In this document: positions 1-9,386 of the stretch, piece by piece
Layout of the letters: every line of letters starts with the position of its first letter
How positions within the stretch are numbered: position 1 is the first letter of the stretch
Origin: a virus
Reading direction: 5' to 3' (one strand)
Virus record (IMG/VR): IMGVR_UViG_3300027733_000030
Span: 132,541 to 196,540 of that record
Length of the DNA stretch: 64,000 bases
Position numbers and translations under genes: made by a program
The notes under the pieces: model-generated
Told to the model about the DNA's origin: nothing
Database searches by the model: none
Seen by the model: only the letters and a program-made list of their open reading frames with translations

Positions 1-887
1 TTTCCGGTTAAACCTAACATTGATCTATCTGCATATGATCCACCCATTAAACTATATCTACCCGCGGCATTCCCGATGCTCATGCCAGTGTCTTTGAGTG
101 CTCCACTCTGCATAATTCTTTCTGCTGTATCTTTTTTCAAAAACCTTCCCATTTTTAATTCTTCAACAATGCCCGGATTATTCATTTTAGCTAAACTTCC
201 AATATTTCTATCTACCGTTGCTAATTTTTTAGCGGCTCTTCTAGAACCACTTCTTTCTAGTAGGTCTGTTTTTCTACCAGCTGTGATGAAAGAAAGTAGG
301 CCTGGACCAAATGCAGATCCTCCGGCAGCAGGGTCGACTCCTGCATTTGCTGCAATTTTTCTACCAAATTTACTATTACCCATTATATGGGCTGCACCGA
401 ATGGGGTATATGTACCACTTTCTTTGAAGACGCTTAATGAGTGGAATCTACCTAAGGCTCTAGGTCTCATTGTGATGTTATTAACTCTAGCACCACGTAG
501 CCATCCAGCTTTTTCTACAGATTCTGCTCCAACAAGTTTACTAATTCTACCAACTTTAGTGCTTTCGGTACTTAATCTAGCAGCTCTCCTACCTAGTATG
601 CCTCTTCCACCAGCTATTCTTCCTCCACCTATGAAGTTAGCTGCACTTCTTTCGGAAAGTACACCAGCTTCATCCATAAGCCTAAATTTACTAGCCATGC
701 GTGAGCCTTTTGCATATTTATAGTCCATGAATCCGCCACGCATTAAGGTATTAGTTCCTCTTGCAGTGCTGAATCCTACTGAAGTAGCAATACCTGGAAT
801 ATTTTCCATCATTCGCATAGCTAATGGTGCTTGAACGCCAGACATGTCCATAGCTTCTTGCATTACTTGCTCTCTCATGACTGCCAT
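1..887 (-). CDS. Gly/Ala/Arg-rich protein, probably virion-associated; truncated at window start (not in ORF track)
   Basis: ATG at 885-887 directly after the stop of the 890-1513 gene; frame open to position 1 (MAVMREQVMQEAMDMSGVQAPLAMRMMENIPGIATSVGF...). Confidence 0.8.
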   Translation of the reverse strand, partial: MAVMREQVMQEAMDMSGVQAPLAMRMMENIPGIATSVGFSTARGTNTLMRGGFMDYKYAKGSRMASKFRLMDEAGVLSERSAANFIGGGRIAGGRGILGRRAARLSTESTKVGRISKLVGAESVEKAGWLRGARVNNITMRPRALGRFHSLSVFKESGTYTPFGAAHIMGNSKFGRKIAANAGVDPAAGGSAFGPGLLSFITAGRKTDLLERSGSRRAAKKLATVDRNIGSLAKMNNPGIVEELKMGRFLKKDTAERIMQSGALKDTGMSIGNAAGRYSLMGGSYADRSMLGLTG

Positions 888-889
888 TG

Positions 890-1513
890 TTAATAGCCTC
901 TTCTGGAGTTATGCATTCCGAGAACTACATCTCCAGATGCGCCTAAGTCATTCATCATCTGTCTAGTTCCCTTTTGTGAATATGGAGAGTTTGAAAAAAA
1001 GTCTGGATTATCTGATTTCATATAATGCATTGCTGCAGCTGCGGGAACTGCCATTCCGGCTATTGTTCCCACCCCTGCACCTAAGGCTGCTCCAGCAAAT
1101 GCGCCCGCAAACATTCCTCCAACTCCTTTTTTAGCTCCCATAATACCCCCAGCCATTGTACCTAAAACCCCTCCAGCAAATCCGCCAGCTAATCCCGTAG
1201 GTACGGGCCCTGGAATCATTGGATGTGTTCTCATGAAATCTCCAGGATTAGTCATTTGGACAGCAGTACCCAAATTGCCACCAATACCAGCGCCCAATAG
1301 TGATCTTCCAGAAAACTTAGATCCAGTAAAATATCGATCTGCATTAGGATCGCCTAAGCCAACATCTAACACTGCATCACGTGCAGCTGGTCCAGCTTTC
1401 TTTGCAAAACCAGCTAATCCGGCGACTGCGCCAATTGCTAATAAAGATCCTTTACGTGAACCAAGATGAGAAACTCCTCTACCTAATGATTCTAATATTC
1501 CCATGCCTGGCAT
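890..1513 (-). CDS. Gly/Ala-rich protein with hydrophobic glycine-zipper segments (putative virion/membrane protein)
   Basis: 207 aa, GxxxG-rich segments; tightly packed in the minus-strand operon. Confidence 0.7.
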   Translation of the reverse strand: MPGMGILESLGRGVSHLGSRKGSLLAIGAVAGLAGFAKKAGPAARDAVLDVGLGDPNADRYFTGSKFSGRSLLGAGIGGNLGTAVQMTNPGDFMRTHPMIPGPVPTGLAGGFAGGVLGTMAGGIMGAKKGVGGMFAGAFAGAALGAGVGTIAGMAVPAAAAMHYMKSDNPDFFSNSPYSQKGTRQMMNDLGASGDVVLGMHNSRRGY

Positions 1514-1517
1514 TTAA

Positions 1518-4500
1518 TTATCCTCCAAAAAGATGATTATATTTATTTGGGCCCATTTGAGTATGGCCAATTTTTGCTCGATCTAGATTTCCTACAACTC
1601 CAGCGGTAGCTAATGGATCTTTTCTAAAAGAAGAAACTTGGCTGAATGCCCTACTTGAATCTTCCATTTGATCTGTAGTAATTGCCCTTTCAGTAGGCTG
1701 CCTATCTAGCGTTTCGTTGTACAGTTGTCTTTCTCTATGTTTCTTATACATATAGTAACCAGCTGCAGCTACACCCACTCCTAAAGCGCCATATCCCAAT
1801 TTTGCTTTATGGGATGCGTAGAACTCTGCCATTTTATTGATTTCAAGACCAGATTTACCTCGACGAATATTTTTTGTTATTGCTAAATTAGTAGATTTAT
1901 CAGAACCCATTATTTCAGCTATTTCATTTGCATTTTTAACTGATCGAGATAATTTAGCTCCGCTTTTATCTACTATAACTTCTTCTGCTTTCTCTAAATC
2001 TTTTGTTTTACCAGCAATGTCTACTGCTTTTCTATCCATATAATTATTGATAACTACAACATCAGAGGTATGCCCAGTTGTTGCTATTGATCCAGTTCTG
2101 ATATTAAGAAGAACGTCGTTAGATATTGGAGTTCCAGATTGTTCAAGGCTTGATATTATTTCAGCTGAAGCATCGCCTGCGTGACCAAAAATAATTCCTT
2201 TATCCATTATCCCTTCAGTCATGGACTCAATATGAGGCGTTAGTCCTTGGCTAGTATTTTTTGCTGCGTTTACATTATTAATCGCTTCAGTAATAGACGC
2301 ATTAAAATCTGCTTCTTTTACCCCTGTTATTCTTGAAACTTCATTTTTATCCCCCATAATGTCAAGAAGATGTCCACTAAAAATTTTAGTTTCATCATGA
2401 ACCATTTGTCTATCTGCTAACCATACCGCATTTACAGTATCACCCTCTTGCCTTCTGGCTATTGAAAGACCAGTATGCGCAATTGTTGTTTCGGTTTTCC
2501 CTAAAGAAGCTTGCGTTCTACTGAATGCTTCTTGTAAGATTTCTGGAGGCAACATCATTTTTGGAATTTCAGTAGTTGAGTCTAGAGCATTTAAAAGTTT
2601 TACTTCTTTTTGAGAATGAAAAAATGTCATTCCTAATTCTGCTGTTAAATTAGATTTAGCAGAGTGGGCAATGTGTTCTGCAGTATATCCAGCTGCTGCG
2701 CCTGCACGATTTGCCTCATGTCCAATTTTAGCAGTTGCATTTGCCATAATTGTAGAATATGCTCTGTCATCCATAGATAAAATATGTGCGTATGGGTCAC
2801 CAACTTTAGCAAATGCGTTTGCTACATCGGATGCCTGCTTTAAACTGTAATCATTTAACCCCGATTGAAATACTGACTGTATTGGGGCCTTACCTCGCGC
2901 GAGTCTCATTTGGTCTCCATAGGATAGCCCCGTACCAAATTCTCGATAAGTAGTACCGAATGTTTCAGTTAGATCTTTAGCTGTCATGCTATTTGCATTT
3001 ACGGCTTGCATTGACCTTGAGATATGAATTAATTCATCAGCTTTTGAAGCTCTTTGAATGCTAATGCTTGTGTCAACAATTGCCTCTGCTGCTAAATTTC
3101 TTACGCCAGTATGTTTTACCCCTCCAACAACAAGATCACCTAAATTTGTTCTTGATCTTGCAGATTTAAGTATTTGATCAATAACATTTCCAGCGTGAGT
3201 TTCATCCACCAGTTGCTTTCCTTCACCAGTGATAAAATGATATCCCATTCCGTTATCGCCTTTAGTATATTCCAGAATACCTTTCTTGGTCATATCAGTT
3301 GCGCTAATTACATTGGCGCCCACTCTCTGATTAATATCTTCCGCAGATAATGAAAGTGATATTCCCTTTTTACCTTCTGCTGTAGTTAAATAATTAAAAA
3401 CATTCTGAGACATGTGTTCAACGCTGGCTATATTGGTTGTTGGAGTTATAGCGGAAGACTGTAGAATTTTTGATCTGGCAAATGTACCAAATTCACTTTT
3501 CTTCAATCCTTTTGCCATTGCTTGTTGTGTAGTCAAACTGCTAGCTTCATGCTCAGCCATTGCTTGTATTTTTAATTCTCCATTTTGAACATATCTAGCT
3601 ATATGGGACTGTAAATGAACGTCTGTTTCAGCAATGTGAGAACCCTTAGTTATCAAATCAAATAAATTGTTTGCCTGTCCATCTTTTTCTATTAGTTCGA
3701 ATAAATTAGTATTCAATGCGATGTTTTCAACGCTACCGTATGATGCAGATCCTCCAATATGGGTTCTTGCTAAAATCTCATGAGAAAATAAATTATTAAC
3801 AAATGCCTTAGATCTTTCGCTTATGTCGGCATACTTTCCGGCATCAACGAGTTCTTGAACCTGACCCTGAAGATGTGATCGAGTAGCCTCCAAGGTATCT
3901 ATCACATAATTTCCTTGGGCTCTTCTCTTTGCAAATTCGGTAAAAGCTTTATTTATTCCCGTGTGTTGCGCAAAACCTTCTTGTTTTATTGCGGTATCAA
4001 TCATTTTGTCAATGTCAAAATTTATATTATGTCCAGCAACTCTGTCTGCTTCTAATAATTTGTTGAAAAATCTTTCAGTTGCATCTAGATAATTTTTTCC
4101 ACCTTCACCCATTTCAGACAAGGGAATACCTTCTGCTTTTGCTAGGAATTCACTCAATGGACGAACTCCATCATTCATTGTAGTTACCCTCAGCCCTGCC
4201 GTTTGAGGTGATTTAAACGCATACTGAAAATCCTTTAATTTAGTTATTGGATCCCTTAATGTTTCTGGCATGCTTATTTTTCCAGTATGATCCATGGTCA
4301 TTTCAGCCATGGACATAGATCTAACATTTGAGAATTCAGTAACTCCTGTAGTTTCAACGTCAAATGTAAGTATCTTTAATTTTTTGCCTTGTGTTGGAGC
4401 CGATCCGAAAATTTTAGATGGTCCATTAACATTAGCATTTTCAAACAGATCTTTTACTGTGCCATGAGATAAAATACTTTGTCTTCCAACATTTAACGCA

Positions 4501-5039
4501 TCCAATCCTTTTGCATCAGGATTAAAGTTAAGCATCATTCTATTTAAAAGGATTTGCATGGGATGAAGTTCACCTGTTTTTGTACTTCTTAGTTGGTTAA
4601 CTTCAAATTTATAAGCTTTACGATATAAGTTTGAACTTGGCATTTCTGCGGATGGTAGACCTTCTTTTTGAATAAGATGACCCATTCTCAGAACATCATC
4701 TCTGTACTGCTTATATAGTCGATCTGCTACGTCTCTATTTAATACAGTTAAATCTATCTTACCTTGCTTTTCCATTAACTGAGCATTTACTTTTAAACCT
4801 TTTGCGTGGTTAAGTTTATTACTCAAAGCTAAATGATAATCTTTTTCAAACTTTGCATATCTTCCAAGAAAATCTTGTTGTGTTCCAAAAATTTCTTCTA
4901 AAGAGTCAGCTGAAATTGCTCTTTGTTGAAAATATGAATTAGCAGTTATTGTACCTTTTCTATTTTTAACTTGGGCAATTTCGCCCATGCTTTTTACTAA
5001 GCGTTGCCTATTTGAAATCCCTCCTCTTAGAACAGACAT
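1518..5039 (-). CDS. Large protein with DEDDh/DnaQ-like 3'-5' exonuclease domain and C-terminal hydrophobic segment
   Basis: ExoI TFDVETTG (~4344-4367), ExoII GHNINFD (~4014-4034), ExoIII HIAETD (~3620-3640); C-terminal LGYGALGVGVAAAGYYMY. Confidence 0.75.
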   Translation of the reverse strand: MSVLRGGISNRQRLVKSMGEIAQVKNRKGTITANSYFQQRAISADSLEEIFGTQQDFLGRYAKFEKDYHLALSNKLNHAKGLKVNAQLMEKQGKIDLTVLNRDVADRLYKQYRDDVLRMGHLIQKEGLPSAEMPSSNLYRKAYKFEVNQLRSTKTGELHPMQILLNRMMLNFNPDAKGLDALNVGRQSILSHGTVKDLFENANVNGPSKIFGSAPTQGKKLKILTFDVETTGVTEFSNVRSMSMAEMTMDHTGKISMPETLRDPITKLKDFQYAFKSPQTAGLRVTTMNDGVRPLSEFLAKAEGIPLSEMGEGGKNYLDATERFFNKLLEADRVAGHNINFDIDKMIDTAIKQEGFAQHTGINKAFTEFAKRRAQGNYVIDTLEATRSHLQGQVQELVDAGKYADISERSKAFVNNLFSHEILARTHIGGSASYGSVENIALNTNLFELIEKDGQANNLFDLITKGSHIAETDVHLQSHIARYVQNGELKIQAMAEHEASSLTTQQAMAKGLKKSEFGTFARSKILQSSAITPTTNIASVEHMSQNVFNYLTTAEGKKGISLSLSAEDINQRVGANVISATDMTKKGILEYTKGDNGMGYHFITGEGKQLVDETHAGNVIDQILKSARSRTNLGDLVVGGVKHTGVRNLAAEAIVDTSISIQRASKADELIHISRSMQAVNANSMTAKDLTETFGTTYREFGTGLSYGDQMRLARGKAPIQSVFQSGLNDYSLKQASDVANAFAKVGDPYAHILSMDDRAYSTIMANATAKIGHEANRAGAAAGYTAEHIAHSAKSNLTAELGMTFFHSQKEVKLLNALDSTTEIPKMMLPPEILQEAFSRTQASLGKTETTIAHTGLSIARRQEGDTVNAVWLADRQMVHDETKIFSGHLLDIMGDKNEVSRITGVKEADFNASITEAINNVNAAKNTSQGLTPHIESMTEGIMDKGIIFGHAGDASAEIISSLEQSGTPISNDVLLNIRTGSIATTGHTSDVVVINNYMDRKAVDIAGKTKDLEKAEEVIVDKSGAKLSRSVKNANEIAEIMGSDKSTNLAITKNIRRGKSGLEINKMAEFYASHKAKLGYGALGVGVAAAGYYMYKKHRERQLYNETLDRQPTERAITTDQMEDSSRAFSQVSSFRKDPLATAGVVGNLDRAKIGHTQMGPNKYNHLFGG

Positions 5040-5752
5040 CAGCTATCTTTATCTTCTTCTATTGTGATGTAATCATCTTTTTCATAAGTACCAAGCTTCT
5101 TCTTAATAAGCTTTTCTCTTTCGATCTCAATATGCTGAACTTTATGAATAATGTCTGAAATTGCTTGAGCTGTATCAAGTTGAGTCTGCCCAATTTTTGC
5201 CTTAGCTTCTCTAGTTGCCAATAGTTGATTGCGCAAATCTTTTCTACGCTTATGCAAACGATCTTCTAATTCTACGGCTAAGTGAAGTTCTTTTTTGATG
5301 ATTGGTTGGCCCTGATGGTCAATGCCAATAATGTTTTCTTGAATGAAATGTTCTTTTGCAAGTAATTTAGTTTTACGAATGTATTGAACTTCTTGATCCA
5401 CTAGATCTCTAATCATAGATACTTCAACTAAGTTATCAGCTTGTACATCAAGTTGTTCCATGTATTCTGCTGTGAACTGGGCAACTATTGACATTTCGAT
5501 AGGACATGGATTACCCTTAGGTGCAAGATTCTCCTTGAGTAGCGGGCATGTATCTGCGAATGTACACTTAGTTGCTTCGCAGTTCATGGGGATGGAGGAG
5601 AACATTGAAGTCCTAGTTTTTTGCGGACGAACTAATTCAACTGCCCTATTTTTTTCATCATCAGTCCATGTTTCAGGAAAAAAAAGATCTGGTCGTAAAG
5701 ACTCAAACTGTTTCAGGAAATCACTTTTACTTGCTTTTTCTATATTAGACAT
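5039..5752 (-). CDS. Hypothetical protein with Cys cluster (C-x4-C-x5-C...CP) and coiled coil
   Basis: 237 aa; stop overlaps the start of the downstream gene. Confidence 0.7.
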   Translation of the reverse strand: MSNIEKASKSDFLKQFESLRPDLFFPETWTDDEKNRAVELVRPQKTRTSMFSSIPMNCEATKCTFADTCPLLKENLAPKGNPCPIEMSIVAQFTAEYMEQLDVQADNLVEVSMIRDLVDQEVQYIRKTKLLAKEHFIQENIIGIDHQGQPIIKKELHLAVELEDRLHKRRKDLRNQLLATREAKAKIGQTQLDTAQAISDIIHKVQHIEIEREKLIKKKLGTYEKDDYITIEEDKDS

Positions 5753-5901
5753 TTAAATCAATCCATTCGGTACTATAGGAACTATCTGAATAAAACCTTT
5801 GTATAGTGACACTCTTGCAATGAGAACAATAATCATCGCGAACTAAACAGTCACTTTTGAAATCATAATATTCGCTAACTGTTTCAGTTTTTTTGTCACA
5901 T

Positions 5902-6315
5902 CTAGGACAATTCATCCAAGGCTTTCATTAAACCTTTTTGCAGTTTGCCTGCGAGGTCTGCGTTCTGTGCCGCATTAAAAAAAATTCCAATTTCTCTAAT
6001 TTCATCAGAGTTTAAATACGAAGATAATTTATATCTTGCGCCTTTGCATACTTCACAATAAGTTTCTTGGACTTCATTATAACAGATGCATTTTTCTATA
6101 ATATCAAAAAATTCTAAAGACTGAGCTATTTCAAACCATTTGTTTTTAAATAACTTTTTAGTCTGTTCTTTATAGGCCCTCAATTTATGGGAATCACTTG
6201 ATAATAATGTTCCCATATCTAAGGAATGTTTCATGAGATCATTAATACTTTTATATAAAAAATTAGCTAGCTGAAAATCACCATTAACATCTGTAAATTT
6301 TTTCCAATCATTCAT
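5902..6315 (-). CDS. Hypothetical protein with Zn-ribbon-like CxC...CxxC
   Basis: 137 aa, KCIC...CEVCKG. Confidence 0.65.
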   Translation of the reverse strand: MNDWKKFTDVNGDFQLANFLYKSINDLMKHSLDMGTLLSSDSHKLRAYKEQTKKLFKNKWFEIAQSLEFFDIIEKCICYNEVQETYCEVCKGARYKLSSYLNSDEIREIGIFFNAAQNADLAGKLQKGLMKALDELS

Positions 6316-6339
6316 AACATACTACATCTTTCTTTTTAA

Positions 6340-6618
6340 TTAAACGTATCTTCCAGACCCCTTAGGAGTAGACACTGGATTTATCGCACCGGCTCTTCTT
6401 TTATTAGCCATCATCATTCCTCCGACAGCTCCACCACCCATAGCGTACCTAGCACCCACTTGCATTTGTCTAGCTCTAATCATTTCATTATGACCTTTGC
6501 CAGCTAGTGCTGCTGCATTTTTTATTTTTTCTGCGCCTTTTGCTCCTGATCCCAGGTACTTTACAGCTCTTTCCGAATCCATCATTAAGGCTTTTCCTAT
6601 AGTATTTTTCCAACCCAT
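6340..6618 (-). CDS. Small basic Gly/Ala/Met-rich protein
   Basis: 92 aa; shares a QVGxRYAxGG segment and a GxGR(Y/F) C-terminus with the adjacent gene. Confidence 0.65.
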   Translation of the reverse strand: MGWKNTIGKALMMDSERAVKYLGSGAKGAEKIKNAAALAGKGHNEMIRARQMQVGARYAMGGGAVGGMMMANKRRAGAINPVSTPKGSGRYV

Positions 6619-6968
6619 TATGCGAACCTGCCTACGCCTCTACCGGTTTGCATCGGTCCACGATATGATGTACGAGATTGATTAGAATTAGGTCTCATGG
6701 CCATTGCTCCGGCAATTCCAACTGCACCACCTGCGTATCTCATTCCAACTTGTGCTTGTCTTAGAGAAATAGTTGCTGCTTTATGTTTTGCAGCAAACTC
6801 AGCACTGTATCTAGCTGTACTAGCAGTTGTTGCCATCCTTTTTTCGGCCATTCTACCTAATTTTCCAGCACCTCTTGATCCTCTTTCGATAAAAGCAGTA
6901 GCTCTTCCTACCCCCATACCTGGGACTCTTTCAGCTAGTCTACTAAATATTTCGCCATAAGCTGCCAT
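6618..6968 (-). CDS. Small basic Gly/Ala/Arg-rich protein
   Basis: 116 aa; stop/start overlap with the downstream gene. Confidence 0.65.
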   Translation of the reverse strand: MAAYGEIFSRLAERVPGMGVGRATAFIERGSRGAGKLGRMAEKRMATTASTARYSAEFAAKHKAATISLRQAQVGMRYAGGAVGIAGAMAMRPNSNQSRTSYRGPMQTGRGVGRFA

Positions 6969-6970
6969 AA

Positions 6971-7258
6971 TTATCTCCCGTACATTCCGGTAGGTCTACC
7001 ACCTGCAAATTTATCTGTACCACGACCCCTACGGCCCTTCATCGCATATCCTCCAAGAGAAGCAGCGCCTAAGCCCATAGCTCCAGCTCTTCCGGGATGC
7101 TTCATAGCGTACTGCGCCATTCTGCTATTTTTAGCAAAGGATCTAACTCCTGATGAGGCGCCTGAGGCTGCGTCAGTCATTCCCTTAGACGTCATTTTTG
7201 AAGCCTTTGCGTGATAAGTTTGCTTTAGCCAACCTGTTGGACTTTTTTTAAGTGGCAT
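6971..7258 (-). CDS. Small basic Gly/Ala/Lys-rich protein
   Basis: 95 aa; AGGAG RBS upstream on the minus strand (ctcct at 7266-7270). Confidence 0.65.
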   Translation of the reverse strand: MPLKKSPTGWLKQTYHAKASKMTSKGMTDAASGASSGVRSFAKNSRMAQYAMKHPGRAGAMGLGAASLGGYAMKGRRGRGTDKFAGGRPTGMYGR

Positions 7259-7271
7259 AGTAATTCTCCTA

Positions 7272-8717
7272 TTAAGATGTTTGAGATCGTATTCTTTTTA
7301 TTGGTTTTTGCATGTCAAAAGTAAAGCTTTTATTAACATAGTCGATATGGAATATAGTACCTTTAGGTACGTTGCTATGCACAATTGTTTTCGCTAAAGG
7401 TGTTTCTATAACATCTCTTCTTACTTGAGCTATGCCACGAGCACCTTTGATGGTATCGATTCCACGTTCAATGAGACCATCAATCACGTTATCAGTATAG
7501 GAGACAGAGATTCCCTTTTTGGAGAGCTTATCCGCAATCACAGACATCTCTAATTCAGCTATCTTTTCGCAATCCTGTCGATTCAAGTGATTAAAAACAA
7601 CTATTTTATCTATTCTATTAATAAACTCTGGTCTGAAATATTTATCAATCGCTTGATGGGTATTTCTTTCCACGATAGATCTAACTGGTATCTCTGAAGT
7701 CTGACGCTCAAAGACAATGCTTCTAGCAAATCCTGTTCCAGTAGAAATTAAATTATCAACTGTTTTCTCATTGCCTAAATTGGTTGTCATGATAATGATT
7801 GTATTTCTAAAATCTACTGGTTCACCTTTATTATCTGTAACTATTCCCTCATCAAATATTCTCAAGAATGTATTCCAAATATCTTGATGTGCCTTTTCAA
7901 CTTCATCTATTAAAACAACTGAGTAAGGATTTTTCTTAACTTGATTAGTTAACTGCCCGCCTTCGTCGTGACCGATGTAACCTGGAGGAGAACCTAATAG
8001 CTTTTGGTTCTCATGCTTATGCTGGAACTCTCCACAGTCCATTCTTACTATCTGAGAGTCGCCACCAAACATATAATTATTCAGCATGTTTGCTAAGTGT
8101 GTTTTTCCAACACCGGAAGAACCCGCAAATAAGAATACTCCTAATGGTCTATTGGAATCATGCAAATCAGCCTGTGATCTAAATAAAGCTGAAACTATTT
8201 CTTCTATTGCCTGATCCTGACCTATCACATTTGATTTCAAGAATCCCTCTAATCCTAAAAACTTTTGTTTTGGAATCTTTTTATTCTTTGGAATAACCTC
8301 TTTGACTGTTTTTCTTTTAACATTTCTTTGGGCTTCTTGTAAAAATTTCTTTACTTCATTAAGATCATAATCTTCATCCTCAGGAGAAATCTCTAATGGG
8401 GCAGTCGAATAAGCGATGCTCACCCAGTAATCGATATCTAAACCAGGATTAAGCATAACACATCCTGCGTAGATTGCTTCGAGAGCTCTTTCTGCGGCTG
8501 TACGAGACATTGCGTTTAACGAAGACGCAACATCAGTATTTAAATTAAAAACTACATACTGTAAAACTTGCTTGCGAAGATCTTTGCTTTTTTTATGTTT
8601 AATGACAAATGCTTCTACATCTTCAGTGGGAATGATTTTAAATTTTACGTTAGCGTGCAACTCGGGTACAAAGATTTGGTATATCTGCATTAGCAACTTC
8701 TTTCTTTTATCTTGCAC
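7272..8717 (-). CDS. Clp/Hsp100-family ATPase with a single (D2-type) AAA+ module
   Basis: Walker A GSSGVGKT, Clp signature LLGSPPGYIGHDEGGQLT, Walker B VVLIDEVEKAH, FRPEFINRID, GARG; no D1 module. Confidence 0.85.
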   Translation of the reverse strand: MQDKRKKLLMQIYQIFVPELHANVKFKIIPTEDVEAFVIKHKKSKDLRKQVLQYVVFNLNTDVASSLNAMSRTAAERALEAIYAGCVMLNPGLDIDYWVSIAYSTAPLEISPEDEDYDLNEVKKFLQEAQRNVKRKTVKEVIPKNKKIPKQKFLGLEGFLKSNVIGQDQAIEEIVSALFRSQADLHDSNRPLGVFLFAGSSGVGKTHLANMLNNYMFGGDSQIVRMDCGEFQHKHENQKLLGSPPGYIGHDEGGQLTNQVKKNPYSVVLIDEVEKAHQDIWNTFLRIFDEGIVTDNKGEPVDFRNTIIIMTTNLGNEKTVDNLISTGTGFARSIVFERQTSEIPVRSIVERNTHQAIDKYFRPEFINRIDKIVVFNHLNRQDCEKIAELEMSVIADKLSKKGISVSYTDNVIDGLIERGIDTIKGARGIAQVRRDVIETPLAKTIVHSNVPKGTIFHIDYVNKSFTFDMQKPIKRIRSQTS

Positions 8718-8863
8718 ATATAAGTATATAGGATAATATTATTATATATTAACATATAAGAATATATTATTATATGTTAACATATAAGTATATAGTAAAG
8801 GGGGGAAGGGGGGAAGGGGGGGTTATGGCTAGCTTATCACACGAAATCAAGTCGTGTCTAGCC

Positions 8864-9025
8864 TCAGTCATTTTTCTTGTAATCTTCTATGCTAGGATGA
8901 TCTTCTATGCACGGCCCTGCGAAAGACCAGTACTTAATTAGGTCAATTGGTCTATTAAATCTTTTATTTAATAAGTACAACGCCAACTGAAATTCTTCTT
9001 TTTGTTGTTCTTGCGACTTGCTCAT
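8864..9025 (-). CDS. Small hypothetical protein (53 aa, below ORF-track cutoff)
   Basis: ATG at 9023-9025 with AAGGAG RBS; MSKSQEQQKEEFQLALYLLNKRFNRPIDLIKYWSFAGPC... Confidence 0.5.
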   Translation of the reverse strand: MSKSQEQQKEEFQLALYLLNKRFNRPIDLIKYWSFAGPCIEDHPSIEDYKKND

Positions 9026-9046
9026 TCAATCTCCTTAAGATATAAT
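9018..9046 (+). promoter_or_regulatory. Sigma70/SigA-type promoter upstream of the recA operon
   Basis: TTGCTC-17 nt-TATAAT. Confidence 0.5.
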
Positions 9047-9068
9047 ATATATATCAATTATACCATTA

Positions 9069-9386
9069 TTGAAAGGTTATTACCAGGTGGAATACCCCCA
9101 GCATAACGAAACAAATTCTATTCCTAATAAAACACCAAAACCAGTGGACATCAAAGAAGTGAATCGCGCATTAATAGTCTTACGTGAAAACTCAATCTCA
9201 ATGCTCGACTTAATCGAAAAAGATCTTTATGATTTTTATTCAACGGATGTAGAAGTTATCAAGTTTGTTGATAAAGAACTTATGAAAAAAATTGTTCAAT
9301 TCAAGCAAGATGTCAAGAACATTGTTGTATACTCTAAGAACCTGCAGACGATGCATGAAGAACAAGGAAGATTATTCTATGACTGA
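9069..9386 (+). CDS. Hypothetical protein (start uncertain)
   Basis: 105-aa ORF overlapping the recA start. Confidence 0.55.
   Translation: MKGYYQVEYPQHNETNSIPNKTPKPVDIKEVNRALIVLRENSISMLDLIEKDLYDFYSTDVEVIKFVDKELMKKIVQFKQDVKNIVVYSKNLQTMHEEQGRLFYD

Noticed and set aside
76-723. 215-aa plus-strand ORF
   Set aside because: Antisense shadow of the real minus-strand gene (<1-887); no RBS and a Pro/Leu/Ser-rich composition typical of shadows
5039-5752. Terminase small subunit guess
   Set aside because: No recognisable motif and no large terminase in the window to support it
7272-8717. Calling this gene clpB/clpC
   Set aside because: It lacks the first AAA module and middle domain, so no gene symbol is assigned
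9292-9378. N-terminal extension of RecA
   Set aside because: It overlaps the upstream ORF and has no RBS; ATG 9379 has one
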